A stretch of 63,974 nucleotides of DNA, filler included, from Octopus bimaculoides (lineage: Eukaryota), in NCBI RefSeq assembly GCF_001194135.2. It is 8 parts of 8 records of this genome, joined end to end, with 100 filler letters (N's around TTAATTAATTAA, not from the genome) between each part and the next. Parts side by side here need not be neighbours in the genome. Positions count along the whole stretch, not along the records: positions 40,181 to 56,414 come from NC_068985.1; positions 56,515 to 60,258 come from NC_069000.1; positions 60,359 to 62,113 come from NC_068982.1; positions 62,214 to 63,974 come from NC_069007.1; 4 more parts are not named here. One strand, given 5' to 3'. Below, piece after piece: positions 52,311 through 63,530 of the stretch. The stretch's first letter is position 1. Each line of letters starts with the position of its first letter. Both the position numbers and the translations under genes were made by a program. The notes beneath the pieces were generated by a model. The model had not been told where the DNA came from, made no database searches, and was given only the letters and a program-made list of their open reading frames with translations.

Positions 52311-53413
52311 CAAGGTGATGTCTTACCTCCATTAATATTTGTGTTGGTGGGCAGTGACACCACTCAGTTTGATGTTGCGAAAATTTTAAATAGCTTACGA
52401 TTTGGGTAAAGGATATAGCCAAAGAAATTATCTCCCTTTCATGGACGGTATAAAGCTTTATGCGAAAAATGAGAAATAGCTTGATAATCTTATACATATT
52501 TTCGCATTTTCTCAAGTGATGTAGGTATGGAATGTGGGACAGAAAAGTGCGCTATTAAGGGAATGAAACGAGGAAGATTTGAAAGACGCCAGGGAATTGA
52601 AATACAAAATGGGAAAACATGAAAGCGGTTGAGAAAGGACAGTGGTATTAAATAGTTGGAAATACTAGAAGCAGACGAAATAAAACATGAAGAGATAAAA
52701 CAAATTACTAGTAGTGAGTATACAACGTGAATGAGAAAAATATTACAAAGTTGAAATCAAAAAATCTTATTGATGCATTAAATGCAAGAGCAGAATCGAC
52801 ACATAAAATCTTGACAGAAGCCGTTATCAATGTATGGAACCCGCCATCCGAAAGCTGATACCAACCTGCTGCACTTGAAGAGAGAGCGATATGAGAGGGA
52901 TTTAATTGCTGTGGAAGAGTGTGTACAGAAAAAGTCTACTAGAAGTTTTATAGAACAACACAGAGAAATTATTAAAGGCAATTAATAAGGAACACCTGAT
53001 CAAGTGTGGAATAAGGGGACAGGACAGATATGAAATGCAAAGAGAGTATGTTAAACAAATTGAAGAGAAACCTTTGCATGGTTACTTTTGGAAAGCCACT
53101 GTGGATGTATGGATGTATGTGGAACAAAGTCCTGGGCTTGGTTTAAAAAAAAGGAGAGATTAAAAAAAGAATCATGGAGCCTATTTATAGAAGTTCAAGA
53201 TCAAGCGATATAAACAAACAACTTGAGAAAATATGTGATTAGGGAGGAGGTATCAGAAAAATTTAGAGTTTGTGGAATTTGAAATGAGACACTGGAACAC
53301 ATTGTGTCGAATGTCCAAAATTGGTATAGAGAAAATATAAGAAATGGAAGCATGATCAAGTTTTGAAAGATTTACACTGGAAGCTTTGTCAAGAATGTTG
53401 ATTTGAACAAGAC
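52302..53413 (+). mobile_element. R4/Dong-clade LINE, RT and Zn-knuckle part (pseudogenised)
   Basis: GIFQGDVLPPL, FMDGIKLYAKNE (FMDD), EKCA, LEADEIKHEE, EKPLHG, VQDQAI, RVCG..ETLEHIVS, HDQV..HWKLC, with stops and frameshifts. Confidence 0.88.
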
Positions 53414-53488
53414 ATAAAAATAATACAGAGATAAGGAATTATGTACGTTATCTACATTTGACGGATATTTTTCCTCATCTTGTTTGTT

Positions 53489-53534
53489 AACACAACGTTT
53501 CGGCTGATATACCCTCCAGCTTTCATCAGGTGTC
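53489..53534 (-). ncRNA. Minimal type-I hammerhead ribozyme (dimer-type)
   Basis: GACAC-CUGAUGA-A-AGCUG(GAGGGUAUAU)CAGCC-GAAAC-GUU|GUGUU: 5-bp stem I, 4-bp stem II with an A-C mismatch at its base, loopless ACGU stem III. Confidence 0.75.
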
Positions 53535-53589
53535 TTGGGGAAATTTCGAACCTGGGTTCTTATTCCTAAGGTATTTTTCGACGTTATTA

Positions 53590-53644
53590 TTTCGAACTCG
53601 AAATCATGAGTAGCCCGCGCTCTTAACCACTACGCCATATGCCC
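53590..53644 (-). promoter_or_regulatory. tRNA-like segment with Pol III A box (TGGCGTAGTGG) and B box (GAGTTCGAA)
   Basis: GGGCATATGGCGTAGTGGTTAAGAGCGCGGGCTACT..GAGTTCGAAA; no 3' acceptor strand, so it is not a functional tRNA. Confidence 0.7.
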
Positions 53645-53674
53645 ATGGGCAATTATGGAGTTGAATTTTAGGGC

Positions 53675-54050
53675 TTATAGATCTAATATTTTCCTAACCT
53701 TCCTTAATACCGGTTCCCATATGCTATTCATATCTGAACTCCGTCTGCTTAGGAGATTGTGTCCTGGCATATGTGCTGCTTCTTTTAGTTTTTGTATTTT
53801 CTTGTGGTGTTCCCTGTCTATTATTTTAACTTCATCCCACAGGGGGAGGTGGTCTTCATTTTTCCATACATGATCAGCTATACCCAATTTATCAATATCT
53901 CCTCGTGTCGCAGCTTTGTGATGTTCCTTTACCCTTATTTTGAGGGGGTGACATGTTTCGCCTTTATATAACCTACCACAGCTGCATGGGATGGAGTACA
54001 CGCAGGCAAAACGAAATTGCTTATTAATATATCCATCATTTTCGTTGGAT
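53675..54050 (-). mobile_element. Penelope-like element GIY-YIG endonuclease fragment (Penelope/Poseidon type)
   Basis: CVYSIPCSCGRLYKGETCHPLKIRVKEH..IADHVW..WDEVKIIDRE..KLKEA, open to the stop at 53675. Confidence 0.92.
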
Positions 54051-54385
54051 TCCAGAAGATGACAAACAAGCAAGTCAAAAAAATACGATCCCTTAAAATT
54101 TGAAATTGCAAGAATTTGGAGTATGAAATCTGTAAAAGCTGTACCTATTATAGCTGGTGCATTGGGAACTGTGAGTAAAGCGATAAACAATTGGTTGAAG
54201 GACAGTGGAATAGAATGTCCTGAAGACTTTCTACAGAAAGTTTGCCTCTTAAGGACATTAAATATTATCAGGAGGGCTTAAAAGATATTGAAGGACTAAT
54301 GAAAGCTTGTGGATATCTAATGTTACTAGTTGTAAACCGCTGCCCACATGTTTCTATCAAGAGTAAGAACGAATCGGAGTCAAAT
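54051..54385 (+). mobile_element. R4/Dong-clade LINE C-terminus and 3' UTR
   Basis: KYDPLKFEIARIW..VPIIAGALGTVSK..LQKVCLL..NIIRR, followed by (ATC)n/(AAT)n. Confidence 0.88.
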
Positions 54386-54419
54386 CATCATCATCATCAT
54401 TATCATCACTAATAATAAT

Positions 54420-54540
54420 AATAATCCTTTCTTCTAAAGGCACAAGGCCTGACATTTTGGGGAGGGGACTAGTCGATTACATCGACCCCAGTGATACTTA
54501 ATTTATGAAAGGCAATGTCGACCTCGGTGGAATTTGAACT
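54420..54540 (-). mobile_element. SINE family B running into a gap
   Basis: AATCCTTTCTTCTAAAGGCACAAGGCCTG..GTCGACCTCGGTGGAATTTGAACT. Confidence 0.88.
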
Positions 54541-54903
54541 NNNNNNNNNNNNNNNNNNNNNNNNNNNNNNNNNNNNNNNNNNNNNNNNNNNNNNNNNNNN
54601 NNNNNNNNNNNNNNNNNNNNNNNNNNNNNNNNNNNNNNNNNNNNNNNNNNNNNNNNNNNNNNNNNNNNNNNNNNNNNNNNNNNNNNNNNNNNNNNNNNNN
54701 NNNNNNNNNNNNNNNNNNNNNNNNNNNNNNNNNNNNNNNNNNNNNNNNNNNNNNNNNNNNNNNNNNNNNNNNNNNNNNNNNNNNNNNNNNNNNNNNNNNN
54801 NNNNNNNNNNNNNNNNNNNNNNNNNNNNNNNNNNNNNNNNNNNNNNNNNNNNNNNNNNNNNNNNNNNNNNNNNNNNNNNNNNNNNNNNNNNNNNNNNNNN
54901 NNN

Positions 54904-54964
<61 letters not shown>

Positions 54965-54974
<10 letters not shown>

Positions 54975-55075
54975 CCTTTCTACTATAGGCAGAAGGTCTG
55001 AATAATTTGTTGGGACGGTTTAATCGATTACATCGACCCCAGTGCTCAACTGGAACTTATTTCATCCTCTCCGTA
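54965..55075 (-). mobile_element. SINE family B tail with long (TAA)n at 54904-54973
   Basis: AATCCTTTCTACTATAGGCA..ATTACATCGACCCCAGTGCTCAACTGG. Confidence 0.85.
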
Positions 55076-55369
55076 AAAAGATGATAAAAATCGACCAATA
55101 AAATAAAAGAATAATAATGTATACATGGACACAGCCTACATCCTAAGAGAAAGAAAGAAAAAAAAGTGAAATTGTGGACCTGAGATTATCTAATTGTGTT
55201 AAACCATTTCCAGAATCGAAAATATTTCCAATTTAACATAAATGTTCTCAGAATGTGTTCAATATTTCCGTACTGTACGTTATTGCTAATCACAGTAAAA
55301 TGTAAAAGTTGCTCAAACTTCAAGTATTTCAGACTAGGAACAGCTAATATTAAACAAATCAACAAAGAA

Positions 55370-55380
55370 GATAGTAGTAA

Positions 55381-55434
<54 letters not shown>

Positions 55435-55491
55435 CAGTTATAACCACAATTACAACTAATATTTTTAAATGTAAAATGTAATGGTAGCATC

Positions 55492-55525
<34 letters not shown>

Positions 55526-55527
55526 TG

Positions 55528-55612
<85 letters not shown>

Positions 55613-55905
55613 AAAAGACAGAAAGACAAACAGAAAAAGAAAGAGAAAGAGAACGAAAAAGTGAGAGGAAGAAAAATATATATACAGGGGCAGAGAGAAG
55701 TAGAGACAGAGAGAGAGGGGGGAAAAGAGATAGAGATAATGAGACAGAGACAGAGAAAGGCACAGAAAGAGAAAGACAGAGAGAGAGAAAGACAGAGAGA
55801 GAGAGAAAGAAAAAGAGGGAAAGAGGAACAGAGAGAGAAACAGAGATAGAGACAGACAAACGGGGAGAGAGAGACAGACAAACAGAAAGAGACAGACAGA
55901 CAAAC

Positions 55906-55944
<39 letters not shown>

Positions 55945-55965
55945 AAGACTGACAGACAAACAGAC
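55370..55965. repeat. Microsatellite cluster (TAG)n, (GATA)n, (GATT)n, (GA)n, (GACA)n
   Basis: Direct tandem units. Confidence 0.95.
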
Positions 55966-56359
55966 CGGTGGAAATTAAGAAATGGAAAGAAAAAAGATTG
56001 GAGATCTTTTTAATTTCCGTTCTGATCCTAGCATTCATAAATGTAGTCCTTATTACGAAAGAAGTTTATAGAATTGTGGCATGGATACGTTATAAGACGA
56101 ACGATAATTTAGAATAACAAGCGGTCGGGGGTTCCTCCTGTATACTTGTAATTTGATTGGCTGCATTCTAGTTACATACATAAACGTAAAAATCAAAAAA
56201 ATCAAGTCTGGTGGCGTGGGGTATGTTGTTTAGTTTGAAAACATTCAATCAATCGCTTGACATACATACATAATACTGAGATCCATATACACGCACACAC
56301 AAATATATATACATATGCACACAGACACACAGACACACATATATATATATATATGTACG

Positions 56360-56414
<55 letters not shown>

Positions 56415-57127
56415 NNNNNNNNNNNNNNNNNNNNNNNNNNNNNNNNNNNNNNNNNNNNTTAATTAATTAANNNNNNNNNNNNNNNNNNNNNNNNNNNNNN
56501 NNNNNNNNNNNNNNTTTGCTTGTCATCAGCCTGAAGTAGCATGACTAGCTGTTTGAAAAAGTTTGTTTAACTCTTGCAAGGATATACTATTTCAGTGAAA
56601 TACATTCACTGGTTACAAAAATTAGTTACTGGTTACTAGGCTGGGTGGAGGAGTTTGTCTCCCCCTCACAAAGATAAGGACACAGGAAATGTGTCAAGGC
56701 CTAATAGGAAGCGGTCCAGCTTCCTAGGGCTAAATAGTAGTAGTATATTCCCTTATTGGGACTGTCACGTTAAGTTGGCAGTATACAACTACTTTATCGC
56801 ATCACTACTGCTTAAGTCTCTCTGAGAGATTTAGAAATTTATTATTTCTAATATATATATTAGAAATAACAGCTTTTCTTTTTTTGGAAGCGTCTCAGCA
56901 GTGATCTCACGAAGCTCCTTCCGGAATTCCTCATGAGAAGTGCGTGCGGTCGCTATGTCTCAATCTCATGTGTGTTGGTACATCTGTAGCACTGCTTCTA
57001 AGTTATGTATTATACGTGCAGCTTACGTTTTTTTTTCTCTTTTTTTCCTCTTCTCTTTTTTTTGTTATAAACAATAGATGAGCATATCAAAAATGAACTT
57101 ACATGCATCCAGATGTAGCTAAATAAT

Positions 57128-59117
57128 TTATCGATTACCAACCTGCAGCCTGTTGTTAATTTGGAGTCCTAGTCTGTGTATGAGTATAGCTTCCTTAATT
57201 CTTAAATTACCCAAATTTCTTTCATTGGCCTCAATTGTGATTGTTATGCTTTTGTCAGTGTTCCAGCATCTGTCTAGATGTTTTCTGAAGGAGGAGGCTC
57301 TCGTGTTCAGATGTTCTTTGATGCGGACGTGTAACGGTCTTGTTGTGCTACCCACATAGAACTTGTTGCATTTGTTACATTGTATTCTATACACATATAC
57401 CCGTTGGCATAAATCTGTGTCACGGATGGGACAATTTGTTAGTGTGCATTGATTGTCCCTTGTTCGTTTCTTTGCGAGGTGTCCTCTCAAAGAGGGGCCA
57501 GAGTGGGCTGGTTGTATATCTACCCCTTCCCTTTTTATGGCTTTTCGGATGGCTGTAGTTATCCTATTGCTAAAATGGGGTATTTTAAGGAAGCATGTGT
57601 TGCTGGGTTTTCTATGTGTTCAGCGTGTTGGTCATCTTGGATGCTTAAGCCGATTTACAATGGATCTAGGATACCCGTTGGTTTTCAATATATCTAGGAA
57701 GCGTGTAATGTGGGTCACCTTGTCCTCCGTTCTGCTGCACTTTCCTCAGATGCGTAGAAGTTCATTTCTGGCATATCCTATTTTGGCACCGAGTGGAAAT
57801 GCTGAATTGTATTGGACAAACATATCTGTACTGGCTGCTTTTCTGTAGAACTTGGTGTGGTTCTCCCCTTCTTCTGTTATATTCAATTTGAAGTCAAGTA
57901 ATGATAGTGATCCAGTGATGTCGGGATGTTCTATAGTGAAATTTATGTTCATATACATGTTATTGAATGTCGTGAATATTCTCTCAGCCTCTTCACGGGA
58001 GGTTGTGAGTATGAGGATGTCATCTACGTACCTGGTGAAGAAGGCGCACGAGCGGCAAATGTTGAGTGTTAGACATTCCAGATGGTTCATATAAGTGATG
58101 GCTAGTAGGCCTGAGAGACTGTGTCCCATGGGGAGACCTGGTGTCTGTTTGTATATATGGTCCTGGAAAGCGAAGTAGGTGTTGTCCACGATGATGGACA
58201 AAGGTTGATGTATATCAGCTGTGGTAAGTCTGAAGCATTGGATGTTGGACGCTATTATGCAGTCAGTCAATAGGTTGACCGTTGAGTGTGCTGGCACCAT
58301 TGTGTACATTGAGACAACGTCAAGACTAAAGGCGTATCTGTTTTGCCTGAATTGGTCTAGGGGTAATTGGTGCAGTCTTTTGATGACTTCGTCGGAGTTC
58401 TTGACGTGTCCAGGAAAGGTGGAAAGTGTGGGTTTCAGGATGTGAGAAAGTAACTAGGATATTTTATATAGAGGTCCTTCCACGCTGGAGACTATGGGTC
58501 TAATCTGGATCATGTTGCTATTCTTGTGTGTTTTAATGAGGTGATAAAATCTGGGTAATCTACTGTTCCTTGTGATGAAGTTGTTCTTGAATTTATTATG
58601 TATTTATCTCTGTCTACAGATGTCCGTCCATGCGGTGTTAATTCGGTCCTCAATCCTGGTCGCAGTTATATCGGTCACTTCAGAATATAGTCTGTCATTG
58701 CTTAAATGTTCTTGTGCCAGTCTATCATATATTTCACAAGAAATCACGCAGATTTCTTTTCCTTTATCTGATGGTAAGTATACAAGGTTTTTGTTTTTTA
58801 GTTTAGTCAGTGTTTTATGTTGCGCCTTGGTTAAGTTTGGGGTTATTTTCGATTCCTTCCTTAAGATGTTGGAGATAGACTGTTTCAATCTGGATAGTTT
58901 GTGGTTGAGTTCTTGGTTGGTTGGTGGGGTGGAGTGGGTGGTCTAATTGTTACGTGGGAAATTTGCTGGATGTATTGTTCTTCTTTATTACCGATAGCCA
59001 TTTGAGTTGGTATGCTGTTCAACAAAAGTTGGCTTCCAGGACAAATAAGATTTTTTCATTCAGCTGTTGGCTCAAGATAAATTTAGGGCCCAGGCTGAGA
59101 AGTTCTAGTTCTTCATG
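57128..59117 (-). mobile_element. Near full-length Penelope-like retroelement (RT + C-terminal GIY-YIG), pseudogenised
   Basis: LLSLGPKF, SDKG, PRFYHLIKTHK..IRPIVS, SLDVVSMYT, GLPMGHSLS, RYVDD, LLDF, FYRK, YVYRIQCNKCNKFYVGST..RIKEH..LRIKEA. Three track ORFs share one frame; five in-frame stops. Confidence 0.97.
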
Positions 59118-59173
59118 ATATATATATATCATGTGTATATATATTTATAAAGTGTGTGTTATATATATATATA

Positions 59174-59216
<43 letters not shown>

Positions 59217-60189
59217 AAAGGTTGAAGAGGAACACACGAGTAGATATATATGGAAAAAAGACAAAGCAGAAAATGCTAAAATACTTTTATAAAGAACATT
59301 ACAGAACCGGTTTCGATCCTTGAGATCTTTTCGACAGTAAATATGAATAATAGATTTTTGAAAAATTATTGAAAAATTAAATTTTGGTAAATTTAAAAGA
59401 AAAGTCTTTTTAAAGACATATTTGTATAGTATTCAAGTAACAGCAGCATTTTTCTTGTTTCTGCCTGTCTCTGTTTCACTTGTTAACTCTTGTGGGTTCA
59501 AAGAAGGACTGCTATGATAGTAGCCCCCGACGTCGCCAGCAGCAACACGACTCTACGACTACCAGCATCGTCCCCAACAGCGTCAACATGACTCTACACG
59601 TACACGAGCTACCAACCGCTAACCGCAGCACTTTTCAGCCGTTTGTGTGATTTCTTCACCATGAAAATTAACAGCCAGAATTTAGCCTGCGAAGAACATC
59701 TGTATTCAAGAATCCAGCCCGGCATAGAAGCCCTAACATCACGATGAGTGATCGCTCTGCCCCAACGCCTTAACTTCTTATATACAGACACTTACCACTG
59801 TGTACTCTAACAAAGAACTGGTATAAATTCTTTTACGTGTTACTGACTCTATTCTATACTATGTATCTCCTACATACACATACATATTTGTACACACACT
59901 CTTCTCTTGTTTACATGACGGCCAGTCTTATATTGGTTTTATTATGTCGCATATTCACTCACACACAGACATACGATTTAATGCTACAATAAATCCTACT
60001 GTTATACATCTTTATCGGTTGGTTCAATATCGTCTTCCTTACTGGCATTTCATAGTTCTCTATGTTATACTATTATAACATATTTATCATTTGATATATT
60101 TTGTGTTCGACCATGTGACGCGTTTATAAAAGGAGCCTGTTTTTCCATTCGTCACCATTTCTCCTTTTGGTTCGCACGGTCGTTCTTAC

Positions 60190-60237
<48 letters not shown>

Positions 60238-60479
60238 ATATGTATGCATGCATGTACGNNNNNNNNNNNNNNNNNNNNNNNNNNNNNNNNNNNNNNNNNN
60301 NNTTAATTAATTAANNNNNNNNNNNNNNNNNNNNNNNNNNNNNNNNNNNNNNNNNNNNATACTTATAGAATCATATATTTTATTAAATTTTTACCTTAAT
60401 TGGTTATTACATGCTGACTACAGGATAAAATCAAATATAGATTTTATCCTTAATTTTATTATATATATTGGACAAAAGA

Positions 60480-60585
60480 GTCCAATATAAGTGACGCAGG
60501 CGAACCATTCGACTAAATTTTCTTCAAGGTGGTTCTCCAGGATGGCCACAGTCCACTAACCGAAATGCGATAAAGATAAAAGATA
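60480..60585 (+). mobile_element. Degenerate SINE family A tail
   Basis: AAGGTGGTTCTCCAGGATGGCCACAGTC..CCGAAA is the reverse complement of the family body. Confidence 0.6.
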
Positions 60586-60954
60586 TGTCGTTAGGTGTAA
60601 CAAAATAAAATGTTATATTCATATATAGCTGTGCATGACCGTGCGCTCTTGTGTAGCTATGAGTACGATTTCTCGCTAACAAAATGCTTAACCTTATCTT
60701 AACGTTTACTTAGAATTCTCTATGGTCTATATTGAATGTCGTTTTTTTACCTTAATCTCCCAGACTATAGTTTTTCTTTCCGCCTATGTCTTTCTATCTT
60801 TATCTCACAGATGACGTAAAAATTACTTTCTTTTTCTTAACTGCTATATGTAGACTCTTCTCCTACATTGATATGCCGGTCTTCCATAGCACTGTCAAAC
60901 AACTGGATTTAATAAATAACAACGTAACCATGCGTTAAACTGCAGTTTTCTTCT

Positions 60955-61003
60955 GAAGATCTGGTGTTTCTGAAATCTGGTGTTTCTGAGGATCTGGTGA
61001 TTC
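60955..61003. repeat. Three ~17-bp tandem units (CTGAAGATCTGGTGTTT)
   Basis: Direct units visible. Confidence 0.8.
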
Positions 61004-61179
61004 AATGTCAACATACCGATTACCACGCACCATACTAATATTTCCCAGTGAAATCCTGTAAATATCATATAATATATGATGTTCTCCGATATACATTCTG
61101 AAATTATTTAAATAACGAATAGAATGCCAGATGAGAATCTATCGACAAATTAGGCTTAATGTTTTATTGAAAGATTTGC

Positions 61180-61322
61180 GTTCTGATTTCAAATTCCGAC
61201 GAGGTCGACTTTGGCTTTCAACCTCTCGGGATCGATAAAATAAGTACCTGCTCAGCAATGGGATCGATCTAATCGACCTTTCCTCCAGGAAAATTGCTAG
61301 CCTTGTGTCAAGACTTGAAAGC
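61180..61322 (+). mobile_element. SINE family B, partial
   Basis: TTCAAATTCCGACGAGGTCGACTTTGGCTTTCAACCTCTCGGGATCGATAAAATAAGTACC. Confidence 0.82.
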
Positions 61323-61365
61323 AATGTTTTATTGAAATTTGGATATATTTAGATTGACATGGAAA

Positions 61366-61935
61366 TACGAGGTTTGATCAAGAAGTATCCGGAATGTTGC
61401 CGTAGTAACAATGCTAACGCATGCAGAGTGAAGCAAAGATTGACCTTGAACTCTGCTGTGATGCGCGCTAAGTTGTAACTTTCTAGCTCACTTCCGTTGT
61501 TTAGAGCAGTGCTTCGAAGGTAGGCATGTAGCCTGTAATCGTCACATTGACTATGCAAAGTTGCAGAAAGCGTATGGAGAGCAGTGTATGAGCCGCACAC
61601 AAGCGTAGGGATGGTTTAGACGTTTCCAGTATGGAAGAAAAAATGTCGATATTGACGAACGTTCTAAGAGACACGCAACCAGCAGAACTGAGAAAAACAT
61701 CGCAGATGTTCATGCAGCTGTAAGAGGAAACCGTTGGATAACCATCCGTGAGATATCAGGGGATATGCAGATTAGTTTGGTTCAGTTCAGTCCATTATCA
61801 CTGAAGATCTGGATATGGGATGCGCGTTCGCTAATTTGTGCCAAAACTGTTTTCAGCTGATCAAAAAGACTCTCGGTTTTCAGTTGCAGAAGTTCTTCAT
61901 TGTGTTGAGAACGATGAAAGCATTTAGAAACATTT
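61366..61935 (+). mobile_element. Mariner (irritans-like) 5' half with TIR
   Basis: Terminus TACGAGGTTTGATCAAGAAGTATCCGGAAT; translation KAYGEQCMSR..WFRRFQYGRKNVDIDER..ITIREI..VPKLFSADQK (HTH region and WVP linker). Confidence 0.85.
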
Positions 61936-62060
61936 GCGAGGCCTCTGAGCAGTTATCACAAGCTTTTAATGCAGATTCACTGCCCAACTTTTAAGCACTG
62001 ATTAACAATTATGATATTCCGAAATAGAAATATATGTAAATTGACATGTGTGTGTATGTG

Positions 62061-62113
<53 letters not shown>

Positions 62114-62329
62114 NNNNNNNNNNNNNNNNNNNNNNNNNNNNNNNNNNNNNNNNNNNNTTAATTAATTAANNNNNNNNNNNNNNNNNNNNNNNNNNNNNNN
62201 NNNNNNNNNNNNNTAAACGATAATATGAGTCTTCGAAGGCAGTTGCTCCCATATATTTCAAAATAAAATTTGAAATTTATGAAGGGTCAAAGTTGAGAAG
62301 AAAATCAGGACAGTGGAGATATACAAGGA

Positions 62330-62640
62330 TGACTTCGTGGACAACATTTCCGACTGTTCCTTCTGAAACATGGATATCTTTTGGAATTGACATCATGGAC
62401 TTTCTGGGATTGTAATCAATGGTCTGTTGAACTTGCTGGATAAATTCAGATGTTCTCATAATTTCGGAGCGTTTAGAATGCTTTTTATGCTTTGATACTG
62501 GTGCTATTTTCCCATCTTCTGCTTCTAGCTCGTTACAAACTTTGAAGACAAAAAATCGGGGAACTTTTTAAAAATCTAGATATTTCCAAATCGCAATGCT
62601 CAGCCATTATAATCAAAATAACAACATATCTCTTCATTTC
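62330..62640 (-). mobile_element. Tc1/mariner (maT/DD37D-like) N-terminal fragment
   Basis: RTSEFIQQVQQTIDYNPRKSMMSIPKDIHVSEGTVGNVVHE, an HTH segment. Confidence 0.6.
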
Positions 62641-62689
62641 TTGATTAAGCTGAGGGTCTGCCGTTATCATTTTATGAAACACAGTGCTT

Positions 62690-63085
62690 GACATTTTTCA
62701 GTTGTAAATTGCATATTGTTTTGCTCTGCCCACTTGTATGTTGCATTTTGGTCGTTCTGCAGGTTTACGACATCATTAGAATACTATATTGTCTGTTATA
62801 ATTTCGTATCATCAGCATAGCTAGTGACAGTGACTGTGTGAGTGACTGTGAGCATGTCTAAGGCGGCTACTATAAACAGCAATGGCCATGAGACAGTTCC
62901 CTGAGGGACACCGCTCGAAATTTGTGTTTCGCTAGAGAGTGCACCATTGGCTGCAACTGTCTGACTTTTATCGTTTAGGAAGTCATGCAGCCACTCGCCT
63001 TGTTTACCAGTTATACCAAGGTTTCGCGGTTTGTGGCATATCATGCCATGATCAACTTCGTCAAAGGTCTTTGCAAAGTCAAGAG
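62690..63085 (-). mobile_element. CR1-like LINE RT fragment
   Basis: DVISLDFAKTFDEVDH..WLHDFL..SGVPQGTVSWPLLF..SYADDTKL..WAEQNNMQF. Confidence 0.92.
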
Positions 63086-63266
63086 ATATTACATCAAAGG
63101 ATATTACATGAAGATCCCGAAGAAAGTGCACCGGTATTATAGTAAGTTTGAAATTGCAACTCTTACTAACCAATGCAATCGAAACATACGTAGTTCTATT
63201 TGAGGCTATAATTAAATATAATTTATAATGATAGCAATAATAATTATATATACATAAAACAAATCG

Positions 63267-63313
<47 letters not shown>

Positions 63314-63315
<2 letters not shown>

Positions 63316-63530
63316 TCTTTTACTCTTTTACTTGTTTCAGTCATTTGACTGCGGCCATGCTGGAGCACCACCTTTAGTCGAGCAAATCGACCCCAGGACT
63401 TATTCTTTTGTAAGCCTAGTACTTATTCTATCGGTCTCTTTTGCCGAACCGCCAGGTTACGGGGACGTAAACACACCAGCATCGGTTGTCAAGCGATGTT
63501 GGGGGGACAAACACAGACACACGAACATAC
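63314..63530 (-). mobile_element. SINE family A body (young, low divergence)
   Basis: Near-identical to 40562-40715; flanked by (TA)n and (CA)n. Confidence 0.95.

Noticed and set aside
53590-53644. Functional tRNA gene
   Set aside because: It has A and B boxes but no complete T arm or acceptor 3' strand; treated as a tRNA-derived segment.
56515-56540. CUGAUGA on the minus strand at a gap edge
   Set aside because: The rest of any ribozyme would lie in N sequence, so it cannot be assessed.
56890-56945. CUCAUGAG plus hairpin downstream of the large Penelope element
   Set aside because: Both core strands deviate (CUCAUGA, GUGA); too degenerate to call.
57600-57748. In-frame TGA codons in the Penelope ORF as possible selenocysteine recoding (reported for some PLEs)
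   Set aside because: They do not fall at conserved Cys positions, they fit CGA-to-TGA decay, and TAA and TAG stops are also present.
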